DNA of 64,000 bases, taken from IMG/VR virus record IMGVR_UViG_3300009103_000001, positions 146,158-210,157 of that record. One strand, 5' to 3'. The notes below the pieces were generated by a model, which saw only the letters and a list, made by a program, of their open reading frames with translations, searched no databases and was not told the DNA's origin. Positions 53,787 through 63,884 of the stretch are shown here, piece after piece. Positions within the stretch are counted from its first letter, which is position 1; the number at the start of each line of letters is the position of its first letter. A program made the translations under genes and the position numbers.

Positions 53787-56700
53787 ATGCCAAACGCAAT
53801 AAATCCAGATTCTTATAACATTGACTATTTCCCTTCATCTCTGTTGGGTGTAACAACCGCTGATGATTATAGAGAACATCTTTTTCTTAAAAACCTTGGT
53901 GGTGCTATAGCACCAGAATTAGTGAGTTCTCCAGCTGGTTCATTTTCAGTACCTTTTCAAGATAGAGGTGATTTTAAATCGATTAATTATGGTGGCATTG
54001 GTAATCCAGGTAATATTGAAGAATGGTTATCTGAAGGTGGTTTTCCTACTACAGTACATGAGGTTAGGGACATTGGTTTATTACAAGCACAAAATAAATA
54101 CGGACCACCAACAATATCAGCATATAATTGTCCAGAGTTAATACCAGAAGATACGGGATTCATACAATACCCAACGTCAAGTGGTGGTGATGATTATAAA
54201 ACAATTTTAATTAATGACGCAATTGATAGTAATGTTGGTTTGGGACCTGGAGCAACAATTAATTTCCCTTCAGAATTAAATGATATAGCAAAAGAGAGAA
54301 GAAAAGAGGAAGCGATTAATAGGGTTAAACTAAACGTAGAAGATAATGTATTAGGCAAGTTAAATTTGGACCCATTCGGTTTATTAGCAGGACAAGATTT
54401 AATTTTAAGAGATTATAAAATAACAACAAGAAGAAATATTGTTGGTAAAATATTTGATACTGTCGCTGATTCAGCTGGTTTTAACATACCAACAAGTCCT
54501 ATTAAAAAGGGTGCCTTTGGTAGATATGGTGATTTAGATAACGCTGAAACATATAAAGATTTATTAAAAGCTACTGGTTCAGGTACAAAAAGTTTATTAT
54601 TTGATTCTGTTGGAAAAAATAAATATGGACCACAATTACAAGAACCAAAAGGATTTATCGCTAATACAGTTGGTGCTGGACAGGCTCCACAACAAAATAC
54701 ATATTTAACAGACCCAACAGAACAAATACAAGAAGAGAAAAAGGCGAAAAGAAATAAACCATTAGTTGATAAAGTTAATCAAGCGATTGGTAAAGCTATT
54801 GATGCTGTCGCTGGTTCACAAGCGATAGGTAAAGAAGACGACCAACCACCTAGTGAATTTAAAAACCCAACGGTTGAACCAGAACTTAATAGTGAAGATT
54901 ATGGTTTTGATGGGTTACCAAATAGGTCTAAAGATACATGGGAATTGGCTGGACCTACTACTGAATTTGATATAGATGAAGGTAGTATAGGGACTAGAGC
55001 TCCATTTGGTCAACAAACTGATTTAGGTTTCTTTTCGTTAAAACAAGAAATGTTTTGGGGCTCCACACCTAAAGGTTCAACAAACCCATTTAAAAGAGGT
55101 ATTTTAAAATATACACAGGATTTAATAAACAACACAAATGATAACACAGATATAATAAGTAAAGCTAGATTTATTGGTGTGGTTAATGATGATAGTAATT
55201 TCGATTCAAAAACTAGAAAACATAAAAACTATTCAATGGGTAATACTGTATCTTCTGATGGAACTTATTGTCGTTCATGGTCTGTTAGAAACCCATATTT
55301 AAAAGTAGGTGATTTAATTAGACATGGGGCTAGTGATGGTGCTGGTGGTTTTAATAGTTTAACACGACCAGATAGGGATTTAAGTGTACTAGGAAACAAT
55401 GGTTTTGTTAAGGTTGCACCATATGTTGGTGAAAAACAAGGTGGTTATGATAGTGGTGGTAAGGTTTTAAACTTAGGTGACCCAACCATACAAAAATATA
55501 TGTTATCAATTGAAAATTTAGCTTGGCAAAATACAGAACATATATTAAAAGTACCACCATGTGAAGTTGGACCAAACGGTGGTAGAATAATGTGGTTTCC
55601 ACCATATGATATTAATTTTACAGATAACTCAAGTGTTAGTTGGGATACAACAAATTTTATTGGTAGAGGTGAGCCAATATATACATATAATAATACTGAA
55701 AGAATGGGTACATTAGCTTTTAAATTGGTTATTGACCATCCATTAGCAATTTCAGAACTAAGAGAACAAGGTGAACAGGCACTATTTCAATTTTTTGCAG
55801 GATGTAAAAACCCATTAGAAGAGGCAAGTGCTTTAATATCTGTGTCAGATATAGAAGAAGTTAAAATACAAAATACACAAACAAAGTTGTTCCCAAACCC
55901 AAAATACCAAGAAATTCAAACACAACCAGCAGGAGACCCACCATCACCAGTTAGTTTTTATTTTAGAAATGCGAGAAAAGGAGCTAAAGATACTGTTGGT
56001 ACACAACCAGACACAGAAATTAATGCTGGTTATTTATATGGTGACCCACCAACAGTATTACCATATATTGAAGAACAAACACCACAGGGACCAATAGGAG
56101 TATATAATCCAGCATTTTCTGGTGATGTGGCTGCAAACTATGAACAAAATCTTGATGACGCTAGAAATAAACTGGCTGTAGAAAGAATAACAGATGAAAT
56201 AATACCGTTTTTATTATCACCAAGAGGTAAAAGATTTACTATTAATATTGTTGGTAAAACTAGTGATGCAAATACATCAAGTTTTAATGAAAAATTAGGT
56301 GAAGCTAGAGCTAAAAATACCGAAGAATGGTTTTATCAACTTCTAAAAGGTAGTGAGTTGGGTACCGACCCAATAAAGGCTGAAAATCTCGGTTCAGAAG
56401 AAACATACCCAACAGAAACAACGTGGAAAGGCAGTAAGTTAAGATGGAATGTTTATTCGACAGGTGAAAAGGGGTCTTCTGATTCTGTAATAATAAACGA
56501 GGATGGTTCAACATCAATTGGCAGAGATGATAATAAAGTATATGGTGATACAGATTATAATGACCCAGGTGCGGTTAACGATAGAAGAGTAGATATAACA
56601 TTTACACATAACCCAGAAATAGATGATTCAATGATTGGACCTGCATCTGGAGAAAAAGAGTTTATATCTGTAACTACAACATCTGAAATAATACAACAAA

Positions 56701-58106
56701 GAGAAATTGACGCTGAAAGAAAAAAAGAATTGGAACAAATTGAACAAGCTAAAGTATTAGCGAGAAAGGCGTCACAATATATGGCTTGGGAATGTTCTTA
56801 TTTTGAGAAAATGAAACAAGATGACCCATTTGTGTATGATACACTAACACAAAAATTAAAATATTTTCATCCCGCATTCCACTCAATGACACCTGAAGGC
56901 TTTAATTCAAGGTTAACATTTTTAAAACAATGTACAAGACAAGGTCCTAATATTGCATCAAATGAACCAAATAATTTAGCATTTGGTAAACCACCTATAT
57001 GTGTATTAAGGGTTGGTGATTTTTATCATACAAAAATAGTTATTGACACAGTTAACTTAACATTTGACCCACTTATTTGGGATTTAAATCCAGAAGGAAT
57101 TGGGGTACAACCAATGGTTTGTAGTGTTGACCTTAACTTTAAGTTTATTGGTGGTTCATCATTAGGTGGACCAATAGCACAATTACAGAACGCCGTTGGG
57201 TTTAACTTTTTTGCTAACACAGGGTTATATAACCCAAGAACAATATATGAATCTGTGGGTGAATATAAGGCTAAAGAGGTGGACCCATCAACAGGTAAAG
57301 AAACAGAAACAAAAATAGATACACCAAATGAATCTAAACAACCATTTGGTTATGGAGCATTTATTGTACCAGGTGAGTCAATTCAAGATGGTGAGTTTAG
57401 TACTGAGGACCCAGTTAATGATTTTTATGAACAAAAACAAATACAAGCAGAAGCTGATAGAGCTAAAAAGGCTAAAATGGCACAAGCCGAAAGGGATAGA
57501 ATTGCGGCAAAAGAAGCGAAAGAGGCTAAAGAAGCCGCTATAGAGTCTGAAAAAGAAATAGCTAAAACATTTGGTAGTGTAACAAAGGCTACACTTAGGA
57601 ATTTAGGTGCCGGAAGTTGGTCCGAAACTGGTGTTTTATCTTTAGAGGTAGAAACAAGTGACCCATTTATAGTTTGGGATTCAGCACAACCAACAGACGT
57701 AAGTGGTACAGATAGTCCATTTAACTCTAATAATAAATATGGTACTGGTATTACGGCTTTAGTTGGTGAAGGTTTGAATGATGTTTTCTATTATTATCAA
57801 GACTTTGATAGTTGGGTTTCTTTTAATGGTACAAGTACTAAAAAAATTACTATTGTGTTTAAAAATTCATATAAAGCTTTAGATACCACGGGTAAAGGTA
57901 AAAATAGAAACTCAGAAAAAGTAGGAACTACACAATCTGTTAATGGTAAAACAATTTCGTTCACAATATTTGGTAAATTAATTGGTGATAGTGGTGAGGA
58001 TATAAAAGTTTCTACAAATATAACTTTTATAATGTCAGCAGAAGATAACGGTAAAACAAAAACATCATTTAATAATGAAAGCGAGATAATACCAACTACA
58101 ACATAA
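53787..58106 (+). CDS. Tail tube initiator / baseplate protein (gpU/gp48-54-like) with inserted OmpA-like domain
   Basis: WFPPYD..F.DNS.VSW..T.FIGRGEP.YTY and PP.C.LR.GDFY.TKI.I half-motifs flank an IVGKTS...FNEKLGEARA...NDRRVDI segment. Confidence 0.65.
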   Translation: MPNAINPDSYNIDYFPSSLLGVTTADDYREHLFLKNLGGAIAPELVSSPAGSFSVPFQDRGDFKSINYGGIGNPGNIEEWLSEGGFPTTVHEVRDIGLLQAQNKYGPPTISAYNCPELIPEDTGFIQYPTSSGGDDYKTILINDAIDSNVGLGPGATINFPSELNDIAKERRKEEAINRVKLNVEDNVLGKLNLDPFGLLAGQDLILRDYKITTRRNIVGKIFDTVADSAGFNIPTSPIKKGAFGRYGDLDNAETYKDLLKATGSGTKSLLFDSVGKNKYGPQLQEPKGFIANTVGAGQAPQQNTYLTDPTEQIQEEKKAKRNKPLVDKVNQAIGKAIDAVAGSQAIGKEDDQPPSEFKNPTVEPELNSEDYGFDGLPNRSKDTWELAGPTTEFDIDEGSIGTRAPFGQQTDLGFFSLKQEMFWGSTPKGSTNPFKRGILKYTQDLINNTNDNTDIISKARFIGVVNDDSNFDSKTRKHKNYSMGNTVSSDGTYCRSWSVRNPYLKVGDLIRHGASDGAGGFNSLTRPDRDLSVLGNNGFVKVAPYVGEKQGGYDSGGKVLNLGDPTIQKYMLSIENLAWQNTEHILKVPPCEVGPNGGRIMWFPPYDINFTDNSSVSWDTTNFIGRGEPIYTYNNTERMGTLAFKLVIDHPLAISELREQGEQALFQFFAGCKNPLEEASALISVSDIEEVKIQNTQTKLFPNPKYQEIQTQPAGDPPSPVSFYFRNARKGAKDTVGTQPDTEINAGYLYGDPPTVLPYIEEQTPQGPIGVYNPAFSGDVAANYEQNLDDARNKLAVERITDEIIPFLLSPRGKRFTINIVGKTSDANTSSFNEKLGEARAKNTEEWFYQLLKGSELGTDPIKAENLGSEETYPTETTWKGSKLRWNVYSTGEKGSSDSVIINEDGSTSIGRDDNKVYGDTDYNDPGAVNDRRVDITFTHNPEIDDSMIGPASGEKEFISVTTTSEIIQQREIDAERKKELEQIEQAKVLARKASQYMAWECSYFEKMKQDDPFVYDTLTQKLKYFHPAFHSMTPEGFNSRLTFLKQCTRQGPNIASNEPNNLAFGKPPICVLRVGDFYHTKIVIDTVNLTFDPLIWDLNPEGIGVQPMVCSVDLNFKFIGGSSLGGPIAQLQNAVGFNFFANTGLYNPRTIYESVGEYKAKEVDPSTGKETETKIDTPNESKQPFGYGAFIVPGESIQDGEFSTEDPVNDFYEQKQIQAEADRAKKAKMAQAERDRIAAKEAKEAKEAAIESEKEIAKTFGSVTKATLRNLGAGSWSETGVLSLEVETSDPFIVWDSAQPTDVSGTDSPFNSNNKYGTGITALVGEGLNDVFYYYQDFDSWVSFNGTSTKKITIVFKNSYKALDTTGKGKNRNSEKVGTTQSVNGKTISFTIFGKLIGDSGEDIKVSTNITFIMSAEDNGKTKTSFNNESEIIPTTT

Positions 58107-58112
58107 AAAATA

Positions 58113-58430
58113 ATGGCAAGAAGATATTACGATAGATACCAAGATTTTAAGGAAAATGGAAAAAGTACAACATTACCATTTTTAAAATTACCAGTGAAGA
58201 AAACAGATAAAAGAACTGTTACTGATAGCAGAACTAGATTTGACAAGATTAGTCAACAATATTATGGTACACCATACTATGGATGGTTAATTTTACAAGC
58301 TAACCCAGAATATGGTGGACTTGAGTTTGACATTCCTGAAAATACAATTATAATAGTACCATATCCTTTAAATACTTCTTTACAGGATTATCAGGCAGCA
58401 ATAACAAGATATAAGAGATTATATGACTAA
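58113..58430 (+). CDS. LysM-like baseplate protein (P2 gpX / T4 gp53-like)
   Basis: RFDKISQQYYG..YYGWLILQANP...IP..T.I.VP pattern and position. Confidence 0.75.
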   Translation: MARRYYDRYQDFKENGKSTTLPFLKLPVKKTDKRTVTDSRTRFDKISQQYYGTPYYGWLILQANPEYGGLEFDIPENTIIIVPYPLNTSLQDYQAAITRYKRLYD

Positions 58431-58441
58431 AAGTTTTTAAA

Positions 58442-61400
58442 ATGGGAGTATTAGATGGTCCAGAACCAAGAGTTTATTCAGATAATGGCATTAGATATAT
58501 TGACCCTAACCCTACTGATGAAATTATAAACCAAGAAGACTTAGTTATTTACGTTAATTTAAAGGCTAGGACAAAGGGTAGAAGTATAGTAACAAATACA
58601 GATGCTTCAATAATAGAAATAGAGGGTTTTAATTCTAATGTAGCAAAAGAAACAAATTTCACTTATCCTACCGGACAAAGTGAATTAACAACAGATTGGA
58701 CAAATATTGGTGGTGGTACATTATTACCTGGTGAAGACACTGGTGGTTTTGGTATTACAAATGTTAACATCGAATTTAAGTCTAGTTTCATGCCAAAGAT
58801 TGTAATAGATTTTGTGGACATTAGAGGTGCAACACTTTTTGAACAAGGGCCATGTTCACCTTACGCAGCATTTTTTCATTTACCATACCCAGTGTTTGAA
58901 TTAACAATAAAAGGTTATTATGGAAAACCAGTTAAATATACCTTAGCTTTAGTTAAGTTTAACACAAAGTTTAATGCTGATACTGGTAATTTCGAATCAA
59001 GGGGTGAATTTGTAGGGTATACATATGCTTTTTTAGCAGACATACCAATGGGGTATGTTATGGCAGCAACCTATATGACAAAACCACTTAATGGTAAAGA
59101 AGTTTTAAAAGAAAAATGGGACAAATTAAAACAAGAACACCCAGAATTAGCCAACACAACAGATGGATTACCAAACGAACCACTAACAATACAAGATTTA
59201 ATATTAAAATCACAAAAGTTAGAAAAATTAGCACCATCAATAAGAAGTAGTCCAGAAGTTAATACGTTAAATAAAATTAACGCAATTAAAGATGACTTCC
59301 AAAAGGTGATAGCATTAATTACAGAATACCAACGAAAATTTAAAGAAATGGGTGGTAAAAGTAAAAAAGGTGGTGATGGTTTAGGTAATAAAATGGTGAC
59401 AGAACTAAGTAATTTAACAAAACTAAATCAAGGTACTGAGGGTGACCCAGGATTATCGTTAATATATTTTGGTGATGGTACTGAAACATCATTTAAAACA
59501 AGCCTTATTGGTACAAAATTAACTTTATTAATTTCTGAATTACAGGCGGGCGGTGTAATAAATGATATTAATTTAACAAGTTTTATACCTGATATTACTA
59601 TAGAAAAAATAAATAATAATTGTGTAAATTTTTTGGGGGGAACTGATGATAGAACTCAGGAATCTTATATTGATATTGGTGAATCTGTTTTAGTACCATT
59701 AAATATACAATTAAAGAGTTTAGATGAGTTTAATAAAAAAATAAAAGACAATGTAAAAGATGAGATAAATAGAGTGGTTAAAAGTGAAGCAGGTTTAGGT
59801 TTTAACCCAAGTGTTAGAAATGTTTTTGCTATAATTTTAATAAATGTTGAAGTATTTTTAGAGTTAATGGTGGTAACATCTGAAAACGCTGAAAATGAAC
59901 ATAAAACTAACTCTGAAAATATTAAAGGTAGTTTAAGTAGTACTAATAATATTTTAAATAATAAAAATAAAGATTCAGTAATATACCCATGGCCAACTTA
60001 TTATGAAGTTACAACTGGTACTCTTAAGGGTGAAAAAGAAACATACCCAGGTGAAAATATAAATTTTATTGCTTGGCCAGAAGTTATTTTTGTTGAAGAT
60101 TTTGTTAACGCTTTAACAAAACTTAGAATAGAATTAGATATTATAGCTGGTGATTTTGAAGATATGGCGGGCTTCGATAATTATAGACCAATATCACCAT
60201 TTGAAACACAAGCTTTTGGTGATGAAAGGGCACCAAATAGATGGTTTAATTTTGAACAATCTGGTGAACAGTTTATTAATGAGATTTGGAGAATTTTAGG
60301 TGAAAATGCTTTTTTAGTTGGTGACTATACTATGATTAATAGTCTTACTTTATGGAAGTCACAATTAGGTTTAAGAGATACATGGGGATATAATACACAA
60401 ACACAAACACCAGCAGGGATACCAAACCCATCAATGGGTGGGCCACCGAGATTCAAAGACTTAGATTTAGGTATTTCAAATGGTAAAATAACAAATAGAT
60501 ATAAATATACAGAACAAGAAGGTTGGGGTAAAAGAGGTGCAAGAGGTAAGATTACTACAACAAATAAAGAAAGAATGAAACAGTGGGGATATGTAGATGG
60601 TTTAAATTTCATCAACATATGTAAAGACGATGTTATATTAACATATGTAAAGAATTTAACAAATACAGAAGGTGGTGGCATAACAGATGAAGATGTGGAT
60701 TCAATAACAGAAAGTATAATAAGTTATATGTCAAAAAATAGTGATTTTACTGAACAAACATTTGACGAATGGAGAAACACAGCTTCAGCTGAAATAAATA
60801 ATGGTGTAGCTAATTCAGATTTTATACCAGACCCAGCAGTAGAACCCGAATATTGGAAAAATGCTTCACAGGGAGAAGATGGTGGTGAGGGTATGTACAA
60901 AGATAATCCAGACCCATTACCAGATAGTGCCGGAAACTCAGTATTAACACTAAAGGGTCCTATTAAGTTAAATGAGAACCTTGAAGTATCAGAAACATAT
61001 ATTTCAGCTAACCCACACAGAAATGCAATGTCTGGTGTTAGACTATTAGAACCAACGTCTAGTGAGTTAGATGGTAGAAATATTGATTTAAATATTGATA
61101 CCATTCCTGGTGGACAAGCCATGATTAGTGCTTATGAAGAAAATTATAGTGACACAACAGAATCAGACACAGATTCAGAAGAAACAAAAACAGGCGCTGT
61201 AAAAGGAAATTTATGTAGAATACTTTTAGATGGTAGAGGAAAAGGTGAATTAGGGTCTGTACAAAAAAGAAAAGAGCCAATAGCTTATCATAGTGAGATA
61301 AAAAAAACAAGTTTTACTAGCCCATATGATGTTCAAATTAGTTGTAGTTCCAATGCGAATTGTGGGTTCGCTAGAGATGAGTATAGGTTAAATGCAGACC

Positions 61401-63880
61401 CAAAAACAGGTTTATTATCATACGGTAAAGATTATAAATCAAACTTTTTTGTACAGGCCTATGAAAAAGGTTCAGGAAGTGATGAAGGTAGAGCGTTTTG
61501 GCATTTAGGTTCATCTAGAACTGTTTGGTATAACGCCCCAACAACCATTGGAAACGGTTTACAAGCTAATGCTGTTTGGGCAGATTTTATTGGAGCTACC
61601 GCTTGGTCAACAGATGGTTTAGCAGATTTATTATGGCAAACACCGTTATGGACACTTAATTACCCTTTATATAAGAGACCAGCATACACCATTACACTTG
61701 GATTTAAAACAGGTGGTGGGCCTAAGAATTATGTCTCACTATCTGAGAGACTCAATGCTGGAAATAAAGATGACCCACAAACATCTATTTCTACAGAAGA
61801 AAACTATAGTAGAAATTTTGATACTTGGTGGGGTTTAAATCAATATACAGTTAAAAGATTTGACCCAAATAACCCAGATGCGGCTGGCGGTCAGTTTGAT
61901 AAAACCTATAGAAATTATGGTAAACTAAAAGACCAAATTAAACCCTTAGCTTATTTATTTATAATGTCACAGGGTTTAAATGACCCAAATGATAGTTTTG
62001 GTTATTTTCCACCATACGATGGAATTTCTTTTAACCATATTGGTTGTTTTTCTAGTTTTGGTAGTTCTACTTGTATGGCAGACGTACCAAAATCTTGGGT
62101 TTTAGTTATTGGAGCAATTTTATGGAGAGCAAAGGAAAGTGGTAATTTAAATTGGTATTTAAGTTCAAATAATGATAACATAGAACCATCAAAAGCTTTA
62201 CCAAATGGGTGGAATAATGCGAATAAATCAGTTGGTATAGATGATTTAAATGACCCTGTTTGGTTTTTCCATAATTCCATCTCAAAACCATGGCATTGGG
62301 GTGGTTGTGTTTTTGATAACTGGGGAGCTACTCAAACTGGTGGAGGAATAATAGAGTGGAATGGTGGTGCTACTAGGTGGTCTAGAAAGTATTTAGGACA
62401 AACAGATACTGGTGTTGATAGGTGGGCTGGCACAGAATATTATGACCCAGATTCTACCTCCCCAAACACCCCAAAGGGTACCGATGACAATAAATGGCGT
62501 CGTACTAATTTTGCCATAGGACCTGACGTAGATTTTAGTTCACTTCATGGTGAGGATACGGGTAGTGTTAAGGAATTTACTAAAACTGAGCCAAGTTATA
62601 GAGGATGGACAAAATCACATGTTGGGGGTCAAATAGGGAGTGTAAAACGTTCAGACCAAAGTCTTGGAACATTACCAAAAAGGGAAGCGGAAGGGATTTT
62701 TGTTAAAGTTAATAGTAACATGCGTGGAGAACATAATATAAATAAAGGGTTATTCGATGTTTGTAGACCAGACCAAATACCAGTAATATATTATACACCA
62801 GGAGCAAACTATACGAATAAAAGAGATTCATGGGTTGGACAAGGACAAAATGACGGACCATATAGATTTCCATATAGACCAAAAACATTAGTTATTAGTG
62901 ATATTTCTGGTCAAGAAAAAAATCAAGACATTAAGGGGACAACTTATTCTTGGCCTAGTGGGGGTAACTCTAATTGGGTTAAAAATGCGACATATGATAA
63001 TAGATATCTTGATTTGAAGAGAGATGTTAAGGAATTAATGTATTTACCATCTAGTATAAAAAAAGATTTTATAAAAGCTTTTGAAGATTTCGCTAATGAT
63101 GCTCAGAGTTGGTTACCAGTTGTAGACCCATTAAATTGGGCAGCTAGTAGTAAAATGTTAGGTGAATATGAGGGAATAGATGGTACTGTCGCAGCATACC
63201 AAGGCATTAAGGGATTTCTTAGTGAAACAGAAAGAAATAATTTGAGTTGGGGTAAGGGTACTACCAAATCAACAGGATTTCAATTAGCTTATAGATTGGA
63301 CGTTAAACCGACATTGAGGACTTATAGTGTTGGTACATTAGGTAAAAGTGCGGCTAAGTCAACAGAGACCAACGCAAGAAGTGAGGCTGAAAGTGATGCC
63401 ATTACTAGTGGTGCTGTCTGTTTTACTTATGGACATAAAGTTAGACAAACATTTAATAAAGTTAAAAATATAGAAGATATAAATATTGGGGACACGGTTT
63501 TAAGTTATGACTTAGAGGAAAATGAATTTTTAGAAAAAGTGGTTAAAGATATTAAAATTAATTATATGGATAAATTAATTAAAATAATATTAAAAAATGG
63601 TATACATATAACCACCACAACACAACACCCATTTTTTATAAAAAATAAAGGATTAGCTTCTTATGATAATAGTGGGGTATCAACAGAAATGGGTGGAACT
63701 ATAAAAAAATTAAATATTAACGATATTTTATACTATTATAATGATAATGAGTTTATTGAAGTAGAAATTAAAAATATAATATTAATAAATAAACAAAAAA
63801 AGGTTTTTGATTTAGAGATAGAAGGTGGTAGTTCTTATATTGTAAATAATGTTTATACACATCAGGGTACTAAAAATTAA
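58442..63880 (+). CDS. Baseplate hub-like protein with C-terminal Hint domain
   Basis: 1812 aa; follows the LysM-like gene; N-terminal GFGI..V.I.F...F.P.I.I.FVD.RG region is hub-like. Confidence 0.6.
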   Translation: MGVLDGPEPRVYSDNGIRYIDPNPTDEIINQEDLVIYVNLKARTKGRSIVTNTDASIIEIEGFNSNVAKETNFTYPTGQSELTTDWTNIGGGTLLPGEDTGGFGITNVNIEFKSSFMPKIVIDFVDIRGATLFEQGPCSPYAAFFHLPYPVFELTIKGYYGKPVKYTLALVKFNTKFNADTGNFESRGEFVGYTYAFLADIPMGYVMAATYMTKPLNGKEVLKEKWDKLKQEHPELANTTDGLPNEPLTIQDLILKSQKLEKLAPSIRSSPEVNTLNKINAIKDDFQKVIALITEYQRKFKEMGGKSKKGGDGLGNKMVTELSNLTKLNQGTEGDPGLSLIYFGDGTETSFKTSLIGTKLTLLISELQAGGVINDINLTSFIPDITIEKINNNCVNFLGGTDDRTQESYIDIGESVLVPLNIQLKSLDEFNKKIKDNVKDEINRVVKSEAGLGFNPSVRNVFAIILINVEVFLELMVVTSENAENEHKTNSENIKGSLSSTNNILNNKNKDSVIYPWPTYYEVTTGTLKGEKETYPGENINFIAWPEVIFVEDFVNALTKLRIELDIIAGDFEDMAGFDNYRPISPFETQAFGDERAPNRWFNFEQSGEQFINEIWRILGENAFLVGDYTMINSLTLWKSQLGLRDTWGYNTQTQTPAGIPNPSMGGPPRFKDLDLGISNGKITNRYKYTEQEGWGKRGARGKITTTNKERMKQWGYVDGLNFINICKDDVILTYVKNLTNTEGGGITDEDVDSITESIISYMSKNSDFTEQTFDEWRNTASAEINNGVANSDFIPDPAVEPEYWKNASQGEDGGEGMYKDNPDPLPDSAGNSVLTLKGPIKLNENLEVSETYISANPHRNAMSGVRLLEPTSSELDGRNIDLNIDTIPGGQAMISAYEENYSDTTESDTDSEETKTGAVKGNLCRILLDGRGKGELGSVQKRKEPIAYHSEIKKTSFTSPYDVQISCSSNANCGFARDEYRLNADPKTGLLSYGKDYKSNFFVQAYEKGSGSDEGRAFWHLGSSRTVWYNAPTTIGNGLQANAVWADFIGATAWSTDGLADLLWQTPLWTLNYPLYKRPAYTITLGFKTGGGPKNYVSLSERLNAGNKDDPQTSISTEENYSRNFDTWWGLNQYTVKRFDPNNPDAAGGQFDKTYRNYGKLKDQIKPLAYLFIMSQGLNDPNDSFGYFPPYDGISFNHIGCFSSFGSSTCMADVPKSWVLVIGAILWRAKESGNLNWYLSSNNDNIEPSKALPNGWNNANKSVGIDDLNDPVWFFHNSISKPWHWGGCVFDNWGATQTGGGIIEWNGGATRWSRKYLGQTDTGVDRWAGTEYYDPDSTSPNTPKGTDDNKWRRTNFAIGPDVDFSSLHGEDTGSVKEFTKTEPSYRGWTKSHVGGQIGSVKRSDQSLGTLPKREAEGIFVKVNSNMRGEHNINKGLFDVCRPDQIPVIYYTPGANYTNKRDSWVGQGQNDGPYRFPYRPKTLVISDISGQEKNQDIKGTTYSWPSGGNSNWVKNATYDNRYLDLKRDVKELMYLPSSIKKDFIKAFEDFANDAQSWLPVVDPLNWAASSKMLGEYEGIDGTVAAYQGIKGFLSETERNNLSWGKGTTKSTGFQLAYRLDVKPTLRTYSVGTLGKSAAKSTETNARSEAESDAITSGAVCFTYGHKVRQTFNKVKNIEDINIGDTVLSYDLEENEFLEKVVKDIKINYMDKLIKIILKNGIHITTTTQHPFFIKNKGLASYDNSGVSTEMGGTIKKLNINDILYYYNDNEFIEVEIKNIILINKQKKVFDLEIEGGSSYIVNNVYTHQGTKN
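63419..63865 (+). other. Hint (intein-like) domain, 149 aa, no endonuclease, ends HQ followed by G
   Basis: Block A CFTYGHKV (Cys1660), IEDINIGD.V, block B TTQHPF, block F KVFDLEIEG..SY and block G VYTHQ, then GTKN-stop. Confidence 0.9.
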
Positions 63881-63884
63881 CTAA

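Noticed and set aside
668-62291. Many 60-170 aa ORFs antisense to, or out of frame within, long genes (e.g. 668-925, 14872-15357, 37358-37870, 53156-53668)
   Set aside because: They are shadows of well-supported genes, with no motifs and no independent expression signals.
63419-63865. Canonical cis-splicing intein
   Set aside because: The +1 residue is Gly and only 4 residues follow; reported as a non-canonical Hint instead.
34554-63880. Bacterial extracellular contractile injection system or tailocin locus
   Set aside because: Linked family-B polymerase, SNF2 helicase, neck-like genes and phage-type small genes indicate a phage genome.
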